Sequence record: NC_004928.1
Source: Escherichia phage RB69
Strand: one strand, 5' to 3'
DNA: 64,000 nt
In this document: positions 13,291-22,640 of the stretch, piece after piece
Layout: each line of letters begins with the position of its first letter
Numbering within the stretch: position 1 is the stretch's first letter
Translations under genes and position numbers: made by a program
Notes under the pieces: generated by a model
Database searches by the model: none
What the model saw: only the letters and a program-made list of their open reading frames with translations
Told to the model about the DNA's origin: nothing

Positions 13291-13531
13291 TCAAAATATT
13301 TTGCCAATTAGGCATACCTTCTGAACATATGCCGGAGAACCGTCTTTATTTTTGAATGATGCAAGTTTATCAGTGGCCCAATAACCTTTAGTTCGAGCTT
13401 CAGAATCAACTTTCATCCATACTTTGTTGAAGGCATTACCATTAACTTTTGCACCATATTTTTGTACTTTCGGTTACAGATCCAGCTTCCAGAACTTTTA
13501 CAGTATCTCGTAAGAAACGTGCTTTAGTCAT
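13291..13531 (-). pseudogene. Small early gene between 23 and 24, apparently disrupted by a +1 frameshift (about 79 aa if repaired)
   Basis: SD GGAG plus ATG at 13531; frame 1 MTKARFLRDTVKVLEAGSVTESTKIWCKS-stop; the adjacent frame continues with T4-like codons (VQKYGAKVNGNAFNKVWMKVDSEARTKGYWATDKLASFKNKDGSPAYVQKVCLIGKIF) to a stop at 13291. Confidence 0.45.
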
Positions 13532-13559
13532 TTTGTTTACTCCTCTGCAGCTGATAAGT

Positions 13560-13591
13560 CGATAGTATCACATACCAAATACGTTGTAAAC
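13560..13591 (-). promoter_or_regulatory. Putative sigma70-type early promoter (GTTTAC -35, about 17-nt spacer, TACTAT-like -10) for the small minus-strand gene
   Basis: Read directly on the reverse complement. Confidence 0.4.
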
Positions 13592-13597
13592 AATCTT

Positions 13598-13605
13598 TAT
13601 AAATA
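13598..13605 (+). promoter_or_regulatory. Late promoter TATAAATA upstream of gene 24
   Basis: Exact TATAAATA about 28 nt upstream of the gene 24 ATG. Confidence 0.6.
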
Positions 13606-13632
13606 ATCTATATCACATAAGGGAAAAATGCA

Positions 13633-14916
13633 ATGAGTAAAATCCAAAAATTATCGCGTGAATCTACAACGTCTACCAGCAACTCAATTGGTCGCCCAAA
13701 TCTCGTTGCTTTGACTCGCGCTACGACTAAATTAATATATTCTGACATCGTAGCAACACAAAGAACTAATCAACCTGTTGCTGCTTTTTATGGTATCAAA
13801 TATCTTAACCCAGATAACGAATTCACATTTAAAACTGGTGCTACTTATGCTGGCGAAGCTGGATATGTAGACCGAGAAAAAATTACTGAGCTCACAGAAG
13901 AATCAAAAGCCACACTAAATAAAGGCGATTTTTTCAAATATAATAATATCGTCTATAAAGTGTTAGAAGATACACCATTTGCAGATATTCAAGAAAGTGA
14001 TCTAGAATTAGCTCTTCAGATTGCAGTCGTTCATTTAAAGGTACGGTTGTTTTCAGATGCAGCGGTAACAAGCAAATTTGAAAGCTCTGGTAGCGAAATT
14101 TCTGATGCAAGATTCCAGATTAATAAATGGCAAACTTCAGTCAAATCTCGTAAACTTAAAACCGGCCTCACGGTTGAATTAGCGCAAGATTTGGAAGCGA
14201 ATGGATTTGATGCCCCTAACTTCTTAGAAGATTTGCTTGCAACTGAAATGGCTGATGAAATTAATAAAGATATTCTTCAGTCTTTAATTACTGTATCGAA
14301 ACGTTATAAAGTTACTGGAATTACTGACACCGGATTTATTGACTTGAGCTATGCATCCGCTCCAGAAGCAGGTCGTTCGTTATATCGAATGGTGTGTGAA
14401 ATGGTATCACACATTCAAAAAGAGTCAACTTATACTGCGACGTTTTGTGTAGCTTCAGCTCGTGCAGCTGCTATTCTTGCTGCTTCCGGTTGGTTAAAAC
14501 ATAAACCAGAAGATGATAAGTATCTTTCACAAAATGCTTACGGGTTCTTAGCTAATGGTTTACCGCTTTATTGCGATACTAACAGTCCATTAGATTATGT
14601 GATCGTTGGCGTAGTAGAAAATATCGGTGAAAAAGAAATTGTTGGATCAATTTTCTATGCTCCGTATACAGAAGGTCTCGACTTAGATGACCCGGAACAT
14701 GTTGGTGCATTTAAAGTTGTAGTTGATCCAGAAAGCTTGCAACCGTCTATTGGTTTATTGGTTAGATACGCTTTATCAGCAAATCCTTACACAGTAGCAA
14801 AAGACGAAAAAGAAGCGAGAATAATTGATGGCGGGGACATGGATAAAATGGCAGGACGTTCAGACTTGTCTGTTTTACTCGGTGTTAAATTGCCTAAAAT
14901 TATTATAGATGAATAA
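13633..14916 (+). CDS. 24: Capsid vertex protein gp24
   Basis: 427 aa; near-identical to recalled T4 gp24. Confidence 0.95.
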   Translation: MSKIQKLSRESTTSTSNSIGRPNLVALTRATTKLIYSDIVATQRTNQPVAAFYGIKYLNPDNEFTFKTGATYAGEAGYVDREKITELTEESKATLNKGDFFKYNNIVYKVLEDTPFADIQESDLELALQIAVVHLKVRLFSDAAVTSKFESSGSEISDARFQINKWQTSVKSRKLKTGLTVELAQDLEANGFDAPNFLEDLLATEMADEINKDILQSLITVSKRYKVTGITDTGFIDLSYASAPEAGRSLYRMVCEMVSHIQKESTYTATFCVASARAAAILAASGWLKHKPEDDKYLSQNAYGFLANGLPLYCDTNSPLDYVIVGVVENIGEKEIVGSIFYAPYTEGLDLDDPEHVGAFKVVVDPESLQPSIGLLVRYALSANPYTVAKDEKEARIIDGGDMDKMAGRSDLSVLLGVKLPKIIIDE

Positions 14917-14917
14917 A

Positions 14918-14947
14918 CAAAAAAAGGGACCTTACGGTCCCTTTTTT
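14918..14947. terminator. Bidirectional rho-independent terminator between gene 24 (+) and rnlB (-)
   Basis: aaaaaaa-GGGACC-ttac-GGTCCC-tttttt. Confidence 0.8.
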
Positions 14948-14949
14948 CG

Positions 14950-15948
14950 TTATGATACTAATTCAATCCATGCAGGACGCAGAACATCTTGCACCATTCG
15001 GACTAATTCTTTCTTAACAAGATTCGGATTATCAGATGTTGTTAATACAATACCTTCACGAGAAGTTTCTTCCAGAATATCTTGAACAGTCAATCCCATC
15101 ACTTTGCCAAAATCTTTTGGCGTTACAGTCCCAATCTTAGAAATAACATTATTAACACGATTTAATGTAACATAACAAGCTAGAACATCAAGCAAGTTTT
15201 TGTCAATTTCGGTTAATGGAACCTGAGTTTTAATAGGCTTATCAGACTTTTTCTTTTCACTGAATTTAGAGTTCTTGCACTTAATCGCTACACGAGTACC
15301 GTTTGGCAGCCATTTAGGGAAACAAGGCTTCAGAACATAACCTTCTGCAGTATTATCACCAATAACATTAGCATCAAATACACAATTATTTGCTTCTACA
15401 AGGTCTTCTGACGCAGTAGCATTATAAGCGGCTAAAACGGAATCAAGGTCATTTGGAATCATGATAAGAGAATCAAATGTTCCACGACCAAGCATTGGTG
15501 CCATTTTAAAACCGAATTCATTACAGAAATCTTGCATTTCGTAATCGGTCAAATACGTATTATCACCACTTTCTGTATTGATAAGGATATCGAACACATA
15601 AAAATCTTTTTCACCGTAGTCAACACCTTTCTGGATTCCACCACCAGCGAATTCACCGAATACTTGATATGATACGGCTCGAGCTGTGTACATGAATTTC
15701 TGAACGGTTTTAATAGCTTTATCATACTTCTTGAGTACGATTTCATAACCATAAAAATCTTCTGCTGGAAGAATAGGGCCTGTGCGCTTGGCGCATGTGA
15801 CGTTGTCACGTTCAATTATTAACGAGAAGTTGGTCCCATGGATTTTCTCACGTGCTACCCAAACACCAGTAGTCAAACCATTAGTGTAGAGTTTTTCAAT
15901 AAACTTAGAGTTGTAGTGGTTTTCAAGACTGCTGTATTTCTTAAACAT
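14950..15948 (-). CDS. rnlB: RNA ligase 2 (Rnl2)
   Basis: 332 aa; N-terminus [20 protein letters not shown] and active-site region EKIHGTNFS match recalled T4 Rnl2. Confidence 0.93.
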   Translation of the reverse strand: MFKKYSSLENHYNSKFIEKLYTNGLTTGVWVAREKIHGTNFSLIIERDNVTCAKRTGPILPAEDFYGYEIVLKKYDKAIKTVQKFMYTARAVSYQVFGEFAGGGIQKGVDYGEKDFYVFDILINTESGDNTYLTDYEMQDFCNEFGFKMAPMLGRGTFDSLIMIPNDLDSVLAAYNATASEDLVEANNCVFDANVIGDNTAEGYVLKPCFPKWLPNGTRVAIKCKNSKFSEKKKSDKPIKTQVPLTEIDKNLLDVLACYVTLNRVNNVISKIGTVTPKDFGKVMGLTVQDILEETSREGIVLTTSDNPNLVKKELVRMVQDVLRPAWIELVS

Positions 15949-15958
15949 AAATCACCAT

Positions 15959-15966
15959 TATAAATA
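15959..15966 (+). promoter_or_regulatory. Plus-strand TATAAATA late-promoter motif facing minus-strand genes (would give antisense late RNA)
   Basis: Exact motif; orientation is opposite to the neighbouring genes. Confidence 0.3.
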
Positions 15967-16067
15967 ATAATATCAAAATAATTAGCAGAGACTCTATCTC
16001 CGACCCGATGTTTAATTTGAATGGATAGAACCTAGATTCATTATACCATCAAAAAATGTAAAGCATA

Positions 16068-16319
16068 TTAGAACTTGATTTCTATCCAATGACCATCACG
16101 TTGGTCGTGATTAATTTTGTACTGAAAGCCGTTATCACGAAGCCATTGACCGACTTGTTCAGTTATAGTTAAATCGTTCTTTGACGGGTAGTACGTGAAT
16201 TGTGTCTGACCTTTGTCAGCGGCTTTCTCTGCCATCGCAGAGAAGTTAGTAATAAAATCACTCAACAAATTAGCTTTAGTGGCCAGAGCCCTTTCTCTTA
16301 ATTCCTGTGCAAAACTCAT
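16068..16319 (-). CDS. Hypothetical protein (24.2-like position)
   Basis: 83 aa ORF, compact operon arrangement. Confidence 0.55.
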   Translation of the reverse strand: MSFAQELRERALATKANLLSDFITNFSAMAEKAADKGQTQFTYYPSKNDLTITEQVGQWLRDNGFQYKINHDQRDGHWIEIKF

Positions 16320-16516
16320 TTCTTCACCTTTTTGTTAATCAAACGTTTACGGTATACAACTTTTTCTTTTGCTTTAAACTTTGACCGAGCTGTCTCGGCT
16401 TTAGTCCATAGTAATCCAACTTCTTTAGGTTGTAAACCGATTTTTTGAGCAATTTCTACGAATGAAAATCCCGCCTCATGTAATGTATAAACTTCAACTT
16501 CAGCTCTCATAATCAA
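16316..16516 (-). CDS. Hypothetical small basic protein, possible helix-turn-helix (24.3-like position)
   Basis: 66 aa ORF; FSFVEIAQKIGLQPKEV resembles an HTH. Confidence 0.5.
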   Translation of the reverse strand: MIMRAEVEVYTLHEAGFSFVEIAQKIGLQPKEVGLLWTKAETARSKFKAKEKVVYRKRLINKKVKK

Positions 16517-16577
16517 TCCCGTATTATTTGGTTTGTGCCATTATATACATCAATCTCACGTTGTGTTTTGTATGCTT

Positions 16578-16606
16578 TAAAAACGAAGAAAGGGGCCGAA
16601 GCCCCT
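16578..16606 (-). terminator. Rho-independent terminator downstream of hoc (GGGGC-UUCG-GCCCC plus U-run on minus strand)
   Basis: Read on reverse complement. Confidence 0.7.
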
Positions 16607-16611
16607 TACGA

Positions 16612-18027
16612 TTATGGATATGTATAGATGATACCAGTTTCCAAAGCAGTTTTATGGATGATGTATCCATTACGTGATTCTTGAACATCAACTTCTGGAT
16701 AGTCTTTCATCATCTTCTGAAGAGTGTAACGATGCAGGTAGTATTTACTATCTGGATCTTCAGTTTTCCAATCTTTACCTTCTTCAGTCATTTTTTGGAT
16801 TTCATCCATAACCCACCAACCGCACCAGATGTAAGCTGAAGTACGATGTGGAAGAGGATGAACATAAGGTAGTTCACCTTCTGGCTCAATTGGAGTCTGT
16901 TCAGTAATAACAACTTCAGCGGTTGAACTAATTGTCTTTGAAGTATAGTTATCTTTAGTTAATACTGCTTCAACTTTAATTGTATGAGTACCAGCTGAGG
17001 AGGTATCAATACTGTAAGTATTAGTAGAATTACTTTCTGCTACATTGTCTTTCTTCCAAGAATACACAATATTAGTATCACCTGGAGCACCAGTAACAGA
17101 TGCTGTTAAAGTTGCAGTTCCGCCAACAGTAGTATTAACTGATGGCGGAGATAAAGAAATGGTGGCACTATTAAATGTAGCATTATTAGTTACTACTGTT
17201 GCTTCTGCTGAAATTTCTTTTGTAACATAATTTGTTGCAGAAACAGATACGGTGCATTTAAGAGTTTTACTTCCGACCTCGGTTGGAGTGAATTTATACG
17301 TAGCAGAAGTTGCATCCAGAATATTACTGTCATCCATTGACCATTGGAATGATGTAGTAGCACCTGAAGGTGCACCAGAGACATTTGCAGTTAAAGTAAT
17401 AGGAACACCAAAGACCGTAGTCGGAGACTCAGGCGTAATTTTTAGTGTTGAAGAATTAGCCTTTTTATTTACAGTCAAAGAAACCGCTGATGATTCTACT
17501 GTTTTATCAACGTAATCAGTTGCAGTCACTGTGACAGAACAAGTTATAGACTTAGTTCCTTCAGATGTTGGTGTATATTCAAAGGTTGATTGCTTTTGAC
17601 CATCAACAGCGACCCCGTCAACTTTCCATGTATAAGCAATAGCAGCACCACTAGGTTGATTGCTTACATTAGCAGTGAATGTTGTTGCTGTTCCAATTTC
17701 TACTGCCGCCGGAGAAGCCGGAGTAACAGCGACGGTAGAATTATTTTCTTTCTTATTAACAGTGATAGTTGTTGACGCTTCAGCTATTTCCGGATCTCCT
17801 GCGGAAAGTGTATTGGTTGCAACCACTTTAATTTTTTTTGTTCCTGCCGGAGAAGCAAGAGTATAATCCATTGTAGCAGCCGTAGACTCCTGTGCTATAT
17901 CATCTACAGTCCAGACGTATGTAATAGTACCATCTGGAGTTTCACCTGCAGGTGTAGCAGTGAATGTTTGTGAACCTCCAATAACCCCTGTAGGAGTTAA
18001 AGGAGATAACGTGACAGTGAATGCCAT
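16612..18027 (-). CDS. hoc: Highly immunogenic outer capsid protein Hoc, with four Ig-like repeats
   Basis: 471 aa; C-terminal capsid-binding domain (EPEGELPYVHPLPHR...GIIYTYP) matches recalled T4 Hoc; four tandem Ig-like repeat signatures precede it. Confidence 0.9.
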   Translation of the reverse strand: MAFTVTLSPLTPTGVIGGSQTFTATPAGETPDGTITYVWTVDDIAQESTAATMDYTLASPAGTKKIKVVATNTLSAGDPEIAEASTTITVNKKENNSTVAVTPASPAAVEIGTATTFTANVSNQPSGAAIAYTWKVDGVAVDGQKQSTFEYTPTSEGTKSITCSVTVTATDYVDKTVESSAVSLTVNKKANSSTLKITPESPTTVFGVPITLTANVSGAPSGATTSFQWSMDDSNILDATSATYKFTPTEVGSKTLKCTVSVSATNYVTKEISAEATVVTNNATFNSATISLSPPSVNTTVGGTATLTASVTGAPGDTNIVYSWKKDNVAESNSTNTYSIDTSSAGTHTIKVEAVLTKDNYTSKTISSTAEVVITEQTPIEPEGELPYVHPLPHRTSAYIWCGWWVMDEIQKMTEEGKDWKTEDPDSKYYLHRYTLQKMMKDYPEVDVQESRNGYIIHKTALETGIIYTYP

Positions 18028-18036
18028 AAGTTATCC

Positions 18037-18705
18037 TTATTTTAATGTTACGAAAGAAGAATTACGAGTTTCACGAATTAGAACTGATCCATCGCGATTA
18101 ATATAATAAATTAAGCTAAATAATGTTTGGTGAGCAGAAGCATGCACAAAACTCGTTGGGTGAGATTTCCAATCTGGGGTTTCGGCTATCCATTGATAAA
18201 TCCACCAAGGAACAGTAACATATCCTGGGCCTTTGCCTAATTTAATGAGTGTAGGACTAAAATTTTCAGGCAGAACAAAATTTACTTCTTTATTTACTTC
18301 TGGCTCAGGCTCTTTTTCAGATTCAACAACCTGAGTAATTGCTTCTTCGAATTTATCATGGTCGAATTCTTTTTCTTGTTCGACAACTTCTAATACTTCA
18401 ACTTGTTCTGTTGGAGAATCAAACAACAGAATAGCTTCTTCTTTAACTTCTTCGTTGGTGAAATTAACACCGTCCACATCATCTGCGGCAGTAATTAAAT
18501 CAGTAATAGATAATCCATCAGTTTCAGGTAATGGTTCATCAGCCAGTGCGTTAAGAGCTTCTTCGATATCAATAACAATATTATCGAACGATTTTGTTTT
18601 CTTAACACTAATGCCAAATTGTTCTGCATATTCAAACAGTTTAGCTTTAGCTTCCTTTTTATCAGAAAGAGCACGTAACTCTTCAATATAGTCTTTATCG
18701 ATCAT
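18037..18705 (-). CDS. inh: Inh-like protein (inhibitor of prohead protease)
   Basis: 222 aa acidic protein in the T4 inh position between hoc and uvsW. Confidence 0.7.
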   Translation of the reverse strand: MIDKDYIEELRALSDKKEAKAKLFEYAEQFGISVKKTKSFDNIVIDIEEALNALADEPLPETDGLSITDLITAADDVDGVNFTNEEVKEEAILLFDSPTEQVEVLEVVEQEKEFDHDKFEEAITQVVESEKEPEPEVNKEVNFVLPENFSPTLIKLGKGPGYVTVPWWIYQWIAETPDWKSHPTSFVHASAHQTLFSLIYYINRDGSVLIRETRNSSFVTLK

Positions 18706-18718
18706 GGTATTTCCTCAT

Positions 18719-18726
18719 TATAAATA
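18719..18726 (+). promoter_or_regulatory. Late promoter TATAAATA upstream of uvsW
   Basis: Exact motif about 30 nt upstream of the uvsW ATG. Confidence 0.55.
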
Positions 18727-18755
18727 TAACTATATTTATTACATGGTAATTTGAC

Positions 18756-20270
18756 ATGACTGACATTAAAGTACATTTTTATGATTTTAGTCACGTGCGC
18801 ATTGAATGCGACGAAAGTACGTTTTACGAACTTCGTGACTTTTTTAGCTTTGAAGCTGACGGGTATAAATTTAACCCAAAATATCGCTATGGGCAATGGG
18901 ATGGTAGAATTCGACTTTTAGATTACAATCGTTTGTTACCATATGGACTTGTAGGACAAATAAAAAAGTTCTGTAACAATATGAGTTATTCTGTATGGAT
19001 TGACCCTAAAATCTTTGAGACCGAAGACCTTACCAGGGAAGATTTTGACGCGTGGCTTTCTAAACAAGAAATTTATTCAGGCAACGCCAAAATCGAACCA
19101 CATTGGTATCAAAAAGATGCCGTATATGAAGGTCTGGTTAATCGTCGTCGAATTTTAAACCTTCCGACATCAGCAGGTAAATCACTAATCCAAGCACTTT
19201 TAGCTCGATATTATCTAGAGAACTATGAAGGTAAAATTCTCATTATCGTCCCTACAACAGCATTGACAACCCAAATGGCTAATGATTTTGTTGATTATCG
19301 CTTGTTTAGTCATTCGATGATTAAGAAAATTGGCGGTGGTGCTGATAAAGCGGACAAATCTAAAAACGACGCTCCAATTATTGTTGGCACATGGCAAACG
19401 GTAGTTAAGCAGCCTAAAGAATGGTTCTCTCAGTTCGGTATGATGATGAACGATGAATGCCACTTAGCAACAGGCAAAAGTATTTCTTCAATCATCTCAG
19501 GATTAAATAATTGCATGTTTAAATTCGGTTTATCTGGCTCATTAAGAGACGGAAAAGCCAATGTAATGCAGTACGTAGGTATGTTCGGCGAAATCTTCCG
19601 TCCTGTTAGCACGTCTAAATTAATGGAAGACGGACAGGTAACTGAGCTTAAGATTAATAGTATTTTCCTTCGTTATCCAGACGAATTCGCCACCAAATTA
19701 AAAGGTAAAACATACCAAGAAGAAGTTAAAATTATTACCGGACTAAAACGTCGTACAAAGTGGATTGCTCAACTTTCGGTAAAATTGGCTAAGAAAGACG
19801 AGAACGCCTTTGTAATGTTTAAACACGTTACACACGGTAAAGAAATATTTGAAGCTATTAAAGAGCTTGGATACGAAAAAGTTTATTACGTATCAGGTGA
19901 AGTTGATACTGAAACACGTAACGCTCTTAAAGTCATGGCAGAAAATGGTAAAGGCATTATTATTGTCGCATCATATGGAGTATTCTCTACCGGTATTTCA
20001 GTCAAGAATCTTCATCATGTTATTTTTGCTCATGGTGTTAAATCAAAAATTATCGTACTTCAAACCGTAGGTCGTGTGCTTCGTAAGCACGGTTCTAAAG
20101 CTGTTGCTACAGTTTGGGATCTCATCGATGACGCAGGTGTAAAACCTAAATCATTAAATACTAAAAAGAAGTATACTCATCTTAATTACTTGTTAAAACA
20201 CGGTATTGATCGTATCCAACGTTACGCTGATGAGAAATTTAACTATGTAATGAAAACAATTAATTTATAA
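18756..20270 (+). CDS. uvsW: UvsW helicase (SF2)
   Basis: 504 aa; helicase motifs and extensive identity to recalled T4 UvsW. Confidence 0.95.
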   Translation: MTDIKVHFYDFSHVRIECDESTFYELRDFFSFEADGYKFNPKYRYGQWDGRIRLLDYNRLLPYGLVGQIKKFCNNMSYSVWIDPKIFETEDLTREDFDAWLSKQEIYSGNAKIEPHWYQKDAVYEGLVNRRRILNLPTSAGKSLIQALLARYYLENYEGKILIIVPTTALTTQMANDFVDYRLFSHSMIKKIGGGADKADKSKNDAPIIVGTWQTVVKQPKEWFSQFGMMMNDECHLATGKSISSIISGLNNCMFKFGLSGSLRDGKANVMQYVGMFGEIFRPVSTSKLMEDGQVTELKINSIFLRYPDEFATKLKGKTYQEEVKIITGLKRRTKWIAQLSVKLAKKDENAFVMFKHVTHGKEIFEAIKELGYEKVYYVSGEVDTETRNALKVMAENGKGIIIVASYGVFSTGISVKNLHHVIFAHGVKSKIIVLQTVGRVLRKHGSKAVATVWDLIDDAGVKPKSLNTKKKYTHLNYLLKHGIDRIQRYADEKFNYVMKTINL

Positions 20271-20282
20271 GGGCTTCGGCCC
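20271..20282 (+). promoter_or_regulatory. UUCG hairpin (GGGC-UUCG-GCCC) between uvsW and uvsW.1
   Basis: Read directly; followed by the AGGAG Shine-Dalgarno of the next gene. Confidence 0.5.
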
Positions 20283-20295
20283 TTAGGAGATAAAA

Positions 20296-20526
20296 ATGGT
20301 ACTTGAATTTAAACAATTTTTATACGAAGCATCTATTGACGAATTCATGGGTAAAATTGCTAGTTGTCATACCTTAGAAGGGCTTGAAGAATTGGAAGCT
20401 TATTATAAGAAACGTATAAAAGAAACGGAATTAAAAGATACAGATGATATTTCTGTCAGGGATGCCTTAGCAGGTAAGCGTGCCGAACTTGAAGGCGACG
20501 ATGAGGATGCGGAAGAAGATTTCTAA
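20296..20526 (+). CDS. uvsW.1: UvsW.1 small acidic protein
   Basis: 76 aa ORF immediately after uvsW, as in T4. Confidence 0.8.
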   Translation: MVLEFKQFLYEASIDEFMGKIASCHTLEGLEELEAYYKKRIKETELKDTDDISVRDALAGKRAELEGDDEDAEEDF

Positions 20527-20528
20527 TT

Positions 20529-20564
20529 AAAAAAAGGCCCGACCTTTTTGGAAGGGCCAAAAAC
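20529..20564. terminator. Bidirectional terminator-like hairpin (GGCCC...GGGCC flanked by A- and T-runs)
   Basis: Convergent gene ends on both sides. Confidence 0.6.
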
Positions 20565-20583
20565 CATAGGCAAAAAGGTAACA

Positions 20584-20751
20584 CTATAGTAAAAGTTGGG
20601 TTTCGTTCAATTGCTCTTCTGAACTTTCTGAAACCGGCAATTGTTGTACATAATTATAACAAGGACCAGGATGTGCTGGACCTTTGTCTGTTTCAACAAC
20701 CAATGCAGAATCGATTGGAGTTTTACAGACAACACAAATCTTATCTGACAT
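20584..20751 (-). CDS. Small Cys-containing protein (55 aa; uvsY.-2-like position), missed by the ORF track
   Basis: Strong SD GAGGAG 6 nt upstream of ATG; MSDKICVVCKTPIDSALVVETDKGPAHPGPCYNYVQQLPVSESSEEQLNETQLLL; T4-like codon usage. Confidence 0.55.
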   Translation of the reverse strand: MSDKICVVCKTPIDSALVVETDKGPAHPGPCYNYVQQLPVSESSEEQLNETQLLL

Positions 20752-20876
20752 GATTGTCTCCTCTGAATTATATATATCTATTTATAACCCCATCTTAAAG
20801 CGCATTTCTTGTACACGCTTTAAACATGCTTCCATTTCTGCTAAAAGTCTAAATACTTCTTTATAATTTGTCATAT

Positions 20877-21104
20877 TTACCCCATATCTCTCATATGCAT
20901 ATCAATGCCCATATCTTTAGAATAAAAATATTCATCAAGATATCCGGCAAATTTTCCTTTAATATAAAGGACATCTTCACCACACGGGTGGTTCGTCAGA
21001 ATACGAATATCCTGACGTCGTAGACGATACTTTTCCATTAAGAATTTAATTTCTGTTTCAAATTCTTCATCATTATTAAAGGCATCTTCAATTGAATAAC
21101 GCAT
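20877..21104 (-). CDS. Hypothetical protein (uvsY.-1-like position)
   Basis: 75 aa ORF; its stop overlaps the uvsY start region. Confidence 0.6.
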   Translation of the reverse strand: MRYSIEDAFNNDEEFETEIKFLMEKYRLRRQDIRILTNHPCGEDVLYIKGKFAGYLDEYFYSKDMGIDMHMRDMG

Positions 21105-21517
21105 TATTGCCCCGCTTCAAATTCTCGCATATCTTGAATATGTTTAAGTGCAAAACTACGAGACTTAACCGCATCAAGTGCACCACTACAGAACTCAAGT
21201 AAAATTCCCCAGTATTGTAAAGTAGTCTCTATTTTAAGCACATCTTTATCTGCGGCCAGGACAGTTTTCATTTCAGATTTCTCGTATCGGTCCATACTGA
21301 ATTCATCACCATCACCTCGTCCCGAGTAGTAGTCTAATCTTGCTTTTAGAGCAGTTTTCTTCTGAGTCTCTATACGCAACATTTCTTTACGAATAAATGA
21401 GTGCTTACGTAGCCATTTGCTGTATAACTTAACATTATTCGCCGTCTCATATTGCAACTTTGTCGTATCAATAGCTAAGTCTGCGTCTAACTCTTCCTGT
21501 AAATCTTCCAGCTTCAT
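21104..21517 (-). CDS. uvsY: Recombination mediator UvsY
   Basis: ORF 21104..21598; internal start MKLEDLQEEL matches recalled T4 UvsY, and the remainder aligns closely. Confidence 0.9.
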   Translation of the reverse strand: MKLEDLQEELDADLAIDTTKLQYETANNVKLYSKWLRKHSFIRKEMLRIETQKKTALKARLDYYSGRGDGDEFSMDRYEKSEMKTVLAADKDVLKIETTLQYWGILLEFCSGALDAVKSRSFALKHIQDMREFEAGQ

Positions 21518-21572
21518 AATATTCTCTCTTTTAACTAATAATCTCCCGGCTGTATCGGAAGGACCTAAAACC

Positions 21573-21597
21573 ATTATACATAGGTTGCCTTGAAGCA
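21573..21597 (-). promoter_or_regulatory. MotA-dependent middle promoter upstream of uvsY (MotA box aaTGCTTCA, 12 nt, TATAAT)
   Basis: Minus-strand reading taaTGCTTCAaggcaacctatgTATAATgg; matches the T4 middle-promoter consensus. Confidence 0.65.
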
Positions 21598-21996
21598 TTA
21601 CACTCTATTGCTTGACGCTAACTGAAGTTTAATTTGTTCAATATCGTCAGGGTTGTCTACGACCGAAAATCTAATCTCTACTATAACCGTATAGTCGTCA
21701 TATACCGGCGTTACACTTACAGAAAGTTTGTCGATGCGTGGCTCATAGTTACGAACAGCTGCCTGGATATTACGCTCAATCGTATCGGCTGTAAGTGGTG
21801 TCATATTCTCGAAAAGTTCATCAACCAAATCGCATCCAAATTCAGGGTCGAAGGGGCGTGAGCCTTTTCTAGTTGTCACTATGCCAAGAAGACTATTTTT
21901 AATAGAACGAAGTCCTACAGAACGAGCAACGTCCTTGTTCCAATCCATACGCATTTCTGGGTCGATATCTGAATAAAGTTTATTGATATTAGACAT
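21598..21996 (-). CDS. 25: Baseplate wedge protein gp25
   Basis: 132 aa, same length and position as T4 gp25. Confidence 0.93.
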   Translation of the reverse strand: MSNINKLYSDIDPEMRMDWNKDVARSVGLRSIKNSLLGIVTTRKGSRPFDPEFGCDLVDELFENMTPLTADTIERNIQAAVRNYEPRIDKLSVSVTPVYDDYTVIVEIRFSVVDNPDDIEQIKLQLASSNRV

Positions 21997-22622
21997 TATA
22001 GTAACTCAAAGAATTCTTTGAGGCCTCGTATTGTGTGAACGTGTGACGCCCCACATTTGGGACATTTAATAGGGGTTGCCAGATAAATTGATGGCGACAC
22101 CAAAAGATTTTTAATATTGATCATGTCATCTTCTGTTATAAGGCCGTAAAGGTCGTTTATTTCTGCTTCAGTTAAATCTTCAACAGGGATGGACTCTCCA
22201 TTGACAAAAACAGCCTCAATACATGAAGCAATCATTAATGCGATATTTTTATCATCAAATAATTTAGGTTGACGGAACTTAATTTTAATACCGCTGAACG
22301 AATACCAGGGATCGGCCTGTTCATCTAATTGAGTGTGCAATAAATTCATATAGACTTGAAATGAATGCCCACAGGAACAATTCCAGGTGTGTTCTTGATT
22401 CACTTCACCTAATGAATGTGCCCACAGATTTACCAACAATAACTCGGCTTCTTGTTTAGTCAAGTTTTTAGCGTTAGAGCAATTAGTGATAATATTGTTC
22501 ACTGCTGATTCAATAGTACCGGTAGCCCGCGCACCTATGAGTCCTAAATATTCTTTTAAAGTAAAGGCTCTACAATTCACTTCTTTATCGCCTAAACGTA
22601 CGGTAAACGTATATTTGTACAT
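21996..22622 (-). CDS. 26: Baseplate hub protein gp26
   Basis: 208 aa; synteny and length as T4 gp26. Confidence 0.88.
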   Translation of the reverse strand: MYKYTFTVRLGDKEVNCRAFTLKEYLGLIGARATGTIESAVNNIITNCSNAKNLTKQEAELLLVNLWAHSLGEVNQEHTWNCSCGHSFQVYMNLLHTQLDEQADPWYSFSGIKIKFRQPKLFDDKNIALMIASCIEAVFVNGESIPVEDLTEAEINDLYGLITEDDMINIKNLLVSPSIYLATPIKCPKCGASHVHTIRGLKEFFELL

Positions 22623-22640
22623 GTTAACTCCTTTATTGTG

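Noticed and set aside
13210-13632. Homing endonuclease (seg-like) gene between genes 23 and 24
   Set aside because: The spacer is only about 420 bp and holds one small, possibly frameshifted ORF without GIY-YIG or HNH motifs
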